64,000 nucleotides of DNA from contig CBDCJH010000002.1 of assembly GCA_965217775.1 (NCBI GenBank), forward strand, positions 64,001-128,000. The letters are read 5' to 3'. The notes beneath the pieces were generated by a model. It worked only from the letters and a program-made list of their open reading frames with translations. It was not told the origin of the DNA and ran no database searches. Shown here one piece after another: positions 59,113 to 64,000 of the stretch; positions within the stretch are counted from its first letter, which is position 1; each line of letters starts with the position of its first letter. The DNA comes from Acidobacteriota bacterium. Its GTDB lineage: Bacteria; Acidobacteriota; UBA6911; RPQK01; JAJDTT01. A program made the position numbers and the translations under genes.

Positions 59113-61338
59113 GTGAGTCCCCGCATGTCTTTTCGTCCTCTCAAACGGCTTTTGCCGCTCCTGTGCCTGTTCTCATGGGGCGAGTCTCTATTGGCCACTC
59201 AGCCGCGCAAATGGGTGTCGGCAACTCGAGACGAATTCCTGAAGGGGAAGCTGCGGGGAGTCTCCGTCACCAGCGACGCCAGGCTCATCATCGCCCCCAC
59301 CCTGGAGCCTTTGCTGGACACCGAGGAGCCGTTCGTCTACTCCGCCGTCGTTGACGGTTTGGGCAACCTCTACCTCGGGAGCGGCAACGACGGCAAGATC
59401 TTTCGGATCGGCGCCAACGGGGGATCCAAGGAGTGGGCCAAGTTGGATGAGCCGGGGGTCTACGCCATGGCGGTCGATTCGTCGGGACGTGTCTACGCCG
59501 GCACCGCTCCCGACGGCCAGGTCTACCGGCTGGACTTGACGGGAAAGGTCGAGGTCTTCTTCGACCCCGACGAGAAGTACATCTGGTCGTTGGCCATCGA
59601 CCGGCGGGACAACGTCTTCGTGGGCACCGGTTCCAGAGGCGTCGTCTACAAGGTCGGCCCCGACGGCGAAGGGCGGAAATTCTACGACAGTCCGACCACC
59701 CACATCGTGAGCCTGGCCTGGGACCTGGACGGCAATATCCTGGCCGGGACGTCTGCCCGGGCCTTGATCCTCCGCCTTTCCTCGGAAGGCGGGGCCACCG
59801 TGGTCCACGACTCGCCGTTGGAGGAGGTCAGGTCGATCGCCGTCGATCGGTACGGAAACATATTCGCGGCAGCCTTGTCAGGGGGCGCGCGCGCTGCCTC
59901 CCGGAAGTCGGCGAGCACGGTCAAGACCAGCGCCAAGACCGGGACCACTCCGGCTCCCTCCACGAATTCGAGCCGCACCGTTCGGGTATCCGGGACCAGT
60001 TCGGGAAAGAGGTTGGAGATCTACCGGATCGGCCGTAGCGGCGGCGTAGAAATCCTTTACAGCTCCGACCGTGCCTTGGCCTTCGATCTTCTGATCCGCA
60101 ACGATGGCAACTTGCTGGTGGCCACTGGAGACAAAGGCCGGATTTTTTCCGTCAGCCCTCGAAGATTCGTGACCCTCCTGGTCGAGTCGGGGGAGGAACA
60201 GGTCACACGGCTGGTGGAACGCCGCGGGAGACTCTTCGCCGCCACCAGCAATCTGGGGAAGGGCTTCGAGCTGAAGACCAAGCCGTCCAAGCAGGGCGTC
60301 TATGAGTCCAGGGTCTTCGACGCCGGGATGGTCGCCTCCTGGGGAACCATCGAATGGGAGGTGATCGACCGTGTCGAACCGGTGGTGAAGGCGTCGGTCC
60401 GGACGGGAAACACCGACAGCCCGGACGACACCTGGGGCAAGTGGAGTCCGCCCTATTCCGACTCGAGCGGGACCCGCATCGAGAGTCCTCCCACTCGCTA
60501 TCTTCAATGGAAGCTGGAGTTTCCCGCCGAGGGCAGGTCCGAGGCCGTGGTTTCCCAGACCAACGCCGTGGATCTGGTGAGCGTCAGTTATCTCCAGCAC
60601 AACCTGGCGCCCCTGCTCTCATCGATTACGGTGCACCCCCCGGGCGCAGCCTTTGTCCGCTACGGTTCCACCGATCCCGCAGGTGGGGTCTCGCCGGGTG
60701 GACCCGGCGGCGCTCACCGGCGCTCCTTACCCTCGGAGATTCGGCGTCTGGGTTCACCGACGGTCAAGACTCCGCCGCGGAGGGTGTACCTTCCTGGCGC
60801 CCAGAGTCTCTCCTGGAGTGCTCAGGATCCCAACGGCGACGATCTGGTCTACGGTCTCCACTACCGGGCCGCCGGTGACCGGAAATGGACGCTACTGAAA
60901 AAGGATCTCATCGAAACCTACCAGACCCTGGACGGCAAAAGCTTGCCGGACGGCACCTATGTGGTTCGGGTCACCGTCTCCGATTCCCCTTCCAATCCGG
61001 CGGACCAGGCCCTGGAGAGCGAGTTGATGAGCAAGCCCTTCGTCGTGGCCAACTCCGCTCCCGCCATAGCATGGGGCACGCCCCGGATCGAGGGGGCCGA
61101 GGCCCGGCTCCAGGTTGAGGTCCGGACCGTGGTCAGCGCCATCCACCAGTTGGAATACGCCGTGGACGGAGGCCGGTGGAGTCTCCTGTTTCCGGAGGAC
61201 GGCATCGCCGACGGGACCCTGGAACGCTACCGGCTGGTATTCAAGGGCCTGGACCGGGGTGAGCACTTGGTCACGGTTCGTGTCGTGGACTCCGTCGGGA
61301 ACCTGGGGAGCGGCCGGCTGAAACTGTCGGTTCCGTGA
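59113..61338 (+). CDS. Secreted beta-propeller (WD40-like) plus FnIII/Ig protein, partner of the S55 gene
   Basis: Repeated (L/V)(Y/F).GT/S..G.(I/V)(Y/F)(R/K) blades, RTGNT..PD.TW..WS, DPNGDDL, PDGTY. Confidence 0.75.
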   Translation: MSPRMSFRPLKRLLPLLCLFSWGESLLATQPRKWVSATRDEFLKGKLRGVSVTSDARLIIAPTLEPLLDTEEPFVYSAVVDGLGNLYLGSGNDGKIFRIGANGGSKEWAKLDEPGVYAMAVDSSGRVYAGTAPDGQVYRLDLTGKVEVFFDPDEKYIWSLAIDRRDNVFVGTGSRGVVYKVGPDGEGRKFYDSPTTHIVSLAWDLDGNILAGTSARALILRLSSEGGATVVHDSPLEEVRSIAVDRYGNIFAAALSGGARAASRKSASTVKTSAKTGTTPAPSTNSSRTVRVSGTSSGKRLEIYRIGRSGGVEILYSSDRALAFDLLIRNDGNLLVATGDKGRIFSVSPRRFVTLLVESGEEQVTRLVERRGRLFAATSNLGKGFELKTKPSKQGVYESRVFDAGMVASWGTIEWEVIDRVEPVVKASVRTGNTDSPDDTWGKWSPPYSDSSGTRIESPPTRYLQWKLEFPAEGRSEAVVSQTNAVDLVSVSYLQHNLAPLLSSITVHPPGAAFVRYGSTDPAGGVSPGGPGGAHRRSLPSEIRRLGSPTVKTPPRRVYLPGAQSLSWSAQDPNGDDLVYGLHYRAAGDRKWTLLKKDLIETYQTLDGKSLPDGTYVVRVTVSDSPSNPADQALESELMSKPFVVANSAPAIAWGTPRIEGAEARLQVEVRTVVSAIHQLEYAVDGGRWSLLFPEDGIADGTLERYRLVFKGLDRGEHLVTVRVVDSVGNLGSGRLKLSVP

Positions 61339-62401
61339 ACCTCATCTCGGGGAATCTCTGCAGAAAGGCTCGGGTGGCCCGGACCCGGAGTTCCGACCTA
61401 TTGCCCTCGCTCGGCGGCCGGTCCAGAAAGCAGGCCGCCAAGTTCCGCTCTTCCGCCCAGACCCGACCCGACTCCGGACCCATGACGTAGAGCGCGGTGG
61501 AGACGATGTCCGCCACCAGGGCTCTCGGATGCCAGACCACCACCGACCCCTGGAAGGAAGCGCCGGTCCCGGTCCTGGGATCCAGAATATGCGCCACCCG
61601 CCGGTCTCCCACACCGGTGTTCCGTTCGGAGCCACCGCTGGTGGCCAGGCTTCCGTCATCGAGTCGAACCGCAAGGGCCGGCGTCGTGCGTTGGCTGGGA
61701 TCGGCCATTTCCACGTGCCAGCCCGGCTCGCCTGGAGGGGTGCCCCACGTCATGACCTGGCCACCCAGGTCGATCAGCCAGGGCGGGTCTGCCTGGCTTC
61801 GGGCGTGCTCGTAGACACGGTCCAGAGCCTCACCTTTGCCGAAGGCTCCCGGGTCCAGCAGGACCTGTTCCCCCCGGACGACAGTGCAATCCTCCCGCCG
61901 GAACTTGAGATGCCTCATGCCCGAGGATTGCCGGGCCCGCTCCAGTCTCTCCCGAAAGCCGGTCCGTTGCGTCGACAGGCTCCGGTAGGCGATGGCCAGC
62001 GCGCCGATGGCGGGATCGAAGGCGGAGCCGGTATCCCGATTCCAGTGGAGCAGCTCGCTGTAGAGGCGGCACAGCGACGGAGAAAACCGGTAGGGGACGC
62101 CGACCGGATGCCGGTTCAAACGACTGAGCTCGCTCTCCTTCACCCAGGTGCTGAGTTGCCGGTTCGTCTCCTCCAAAAGACGGATGTAGGTCTCGCACCG
62201 GTCGATTCCCGAAATGCGGTCCCGGGCATAGACGCTCAGAGTACAGAGTGTCCCCATCAGGACCACCTGCCGTTGCACGGGAATCAGCTCGGGAGCGGCC
62301 AAAGCCGGGGGCAGGGACGCGCCGCAGAGGAAGGCTGTCGCCAGCAGCCGGTGAAGGGAGGACGCCGGTGCCTGGGGAGTTCGCCTGGATTCAGGCGGCA
62401 A
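61271..62401 (-). CDS. apbE: FAD:protein FMN transferase
   Basis: MGT, SELSRLN, FDPAIG, DPGAFGKG, IDLGG, ATSG, HILDPRTG, AD..STAL. Confidence 0.92.
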   Translation of the reverse strand: MPPESRRTPQAPASSLHRLLATAFLCGASLPPALAAPELIPVQRQVVLMGTLCTLSVYARDRISGIDRCETYIRLLEETNRQLSTWVKESELSRLNRHPVGVPYRFSPSLCRLYSELLHWNRDTGSAFDPAIGALAIAYRSLSTQRTGFRERLERARQSSGMRHLKFRREDCTVVRGEQVLLDPGAFGKGEALDRVYEHARSQADPPWLIDLGGQVMTWGTPPGEPGWHVEMADPSQRTTPALAVRLDDGSLATSGGSERNTGVGDRRVAHILDPRTGTGASFQGSVVVWHPRALVADIVSTALYVMGPESGRVWAEERNLAACFLDRPPSEGNRSELRVRATRAFLQRFPEMRFTEPTVSAGRSPGSRRSPRHEP

Positions 62402-62855
62402 GAGACCTGATCTCGCGCTTTCTTCGCCGACGGAGCCAGAGCCGGAAGGTCACCCACTGGTGCCAGAGGTAGGTCAGCGCGAAAATCGTCCCGGTGACCG
62501 AGTGCACGACGACGGCCAGGATGGAAAGGGTGGGATGGGTGAAGACCTGGAGCAGATAACCGGAGATCACCATCAGGGGAAAGCTGACCAGGATCAGAAT
62601 TCCAGTGCGCCGATTGCTCTTGGTTCGGCTGCGCAATTTATCGGTGATGTGACTCCCGTACATCATTCCCAGAATCAGAATCAGGCAGGGAGCCGCCAGA
62701 ATGTGAAGGTTCTGGGTAAAGAGTTGCCAGGGATGATTGACCAGTTGAAACGGATCATGGCTCTCCATCAGATATTTCATGACGAAGAGGAAAATCCCCG
62801 TAACCGAGAGCACCACGGAGAGGGTGTGAAACGACCAGGCTTCCCAGCGGCTCAT
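62391..62855 (-). CDS. His-containing four-TM membrane protein (DUF4405/cytochrome b-like)
   Basis: Hydrophobic helices with several His residues; SGYLLQ; in operon with apbE. Confidence 0.65.
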   Translation of the reverse strand: MSRWEAWSFHTLSVVLSVTGIFLFVMKYLMESHDPFQLVNHPWQLFTQNLHILAAPCLILILGMMYGSHITDKLRSRTKSNRRTGILILVSFPLMVISGYLLQVFTHPTLSILAVVVHSVTGTIFALTYLWHQWVTFRLWLRRRRKREIRSLAA

Positions 62856-62860
62856 GACAT

Positions 62861-63436
62861 CTACTTCCCGGGCCGCGATTCGGCCTGCAATACCTGGTCG
62901 ATGGCCAGCACCCGGCGCACGGCCTGACTGGCGGCCAAGCTGGTCAGGGTCGCTCCGACGATGGGTCGTATGGCTCGATTCAGGGAAAGCTCGTCACTGA
63001 GCTCGCGACTTTCGTACTGAGCGTACCAGTCCGGCGATGCGAGGTATTCGGGAGGTTCAAGAAATGCGGTCACCTCGATTCGCAGCACCTTTCCCGACTC
63101 GTCAAGGCAGATCAACAAGCTCTCCTTCTTGGTTCGGACGACATGAGTGTCCACGTACGCTCGACCGACCACCCGGTCCGCCTGGAGTGCCACGTAACGG
63201 GCGATCAATGGACTGGGAATATCGACCTTGGCCAGCTTTGCTGCCCGGCGGCGCTGTTGATCGGTCAGAAAAACTCGTTCCGCCCGGATCCGGGCTGCCG
63301 GATACGCCGCTGCCAGCGCCTCCTCCCGGCTCAGCACACCCATCGACGAGGCGGTGAAAACCAGGGTCGAGCAAAGGCATGCCGCCCAGATTCCGTAAAC
63401 GAGCCGCTTGGCTTCCGTTCTCTTTTCCCACACCAT
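62861..63436 (-). CDS. FMN-binding domain protein
   Basis: HVVRTK, F.EP.EY, IVGATLTS flavinylation-type motif; signal peptide. Confidence 0.85.
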   Translation of the reverse strand: MVWEKRTEAKRLVYGIWAACLCSTLVFTASSMGVLSREEALAAAYPAARIRAERVFLTDQQRRRAAKLAKVDIPSPLIARYVALQADRVVGRAYVDTHVVRTKKESLLICLDESGKVLRIEVTAFLEPPEYLASPDWYAQYESRELSDELSLNRAIRPIVGATLTSLAASQAVRRVLAIDQVLQAESRPGK

Positions 63437-63475
63437 GTCCCATTTCGCCGAAACTGGGAGGGGAGTCTAATGATG

Positions 63476-63492
63476 TTGAAATTTATTTTCAA
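63476..63492. promoter_or_regulatory. Fur-like box
   Basis: TTGAAATTTATTTTCAA, a 7-1-7-like inverted repeat in an AT-rich patch about 40 bp upstream of the FMN-binding gene. Confidence 0.6.
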
Positions 63493-63586
63493 GAAGAAAT
63501 GGGAGCCGCGCGTTCGTCGCTCCGGACGGGAGTGAAATATCGGAGGGAACTCCTGACGACGGCGGCGAACCCGCGATCGAACGTCT

Positions 63587-64000
63587 TCAGCTCTTCTGCA
63601 GGGTGATCCCGGAACCGCTGATGCGGATGCTGACGGTCACCTCGTCCCCGTCATCCTTGTCGATCTGCAATTTCAAGGGAGGGAACGTGAATTTGGCGAG
63701 CCTCAGCGCATAGGAACCCGGGGGCGCCTGGGCCTGACAGCTGCCCACCCGCCGCCGGAACCGAATTCTGGACGAGCGGTGGGACTTGCCTGACTGCTGG
63801 TCGACCAGCTGGAAGGTCAGATTGGCGATGCGATATATGTCGAAGTCATACCCGGCGGCCTTGGACACCTGGATCCGAATCTTGCGAGGTCCCAACTCCT
63901 TCTTCATCCGCTCGCCGTGCCGGCCCACCACCTGCGCCAATCGATTCTCGTCGTGCTCGGCCAGCCACTTCTCGTAATGCTTGCCCTGTCTGACTTCGGC
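63587..64000 (-). CDS. Hypothetical protein, 3' part (runs off the window)
   Basis: Frame is open from 64000 to the stop at 63587. Confidence 0.55.
   Translation of the reverse strand, partial: AEVRQGKHYEKWLAEHDENRLAQVVGRHGERMKKELGPRKIRIQVSKAAGYDFDIYRIANLTFQLVDQQSGKSHRSSRIRFRRRVGSCQAQAPPGSYALRLAKFTFPPLKLQIDKDDGDEVTVSIRISGSGITLQKS

Overview
High-GC bacterial chromosome window. The gene content (DUF1501/DUF1549-DUF1553 module, multihaem cytochrome plus PVC-type propeller, many Tat-exported glycosidase-like proteins, SpoIVB-S55 pair, LPS heptose genes) suggests an Acidobacteriota/PVC-like Gram-negative organism; this is inference only. Left end (1-5.9 kb) is accessory: an IS1634-family element inserted at CTAG into the last of three tandem small envelope-protein genes that share one bipartite promoter motif, then a dif-like site and a tyrosine-recombinase remnant. 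5.9-34 kb holds secreted and catabolic enzymes, a 2.6-kb insert bounded by 37-bp direct repeats, and two antitoxins that have lost their toxins. 34.3-37.5 kb is an IS481-family element whose two ends abut REP half-sites; it carries decayed IS21 fragments and two loopless perfect palindromes. 38.7-43.4 kb has a brnT-like pseudogene coupled (ATGA) to a 1483-aa protein made of a BrnA-like N-terminus, a sacsin-type GHKL ATPase and an SF2 helicase, the best candidate for an undescribed system. The right part is mostly housekeeping (lat, cysS, ArnT family, groSL with CIRCE, purC, PHP, cvpA, Fis-like HTH, smc, S55 peptidase, ApbE flavinylation operon with a Fur-like box), with MITEs and REPs between genes. 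All family calls come from motif recognition by eye; no database searches were run.
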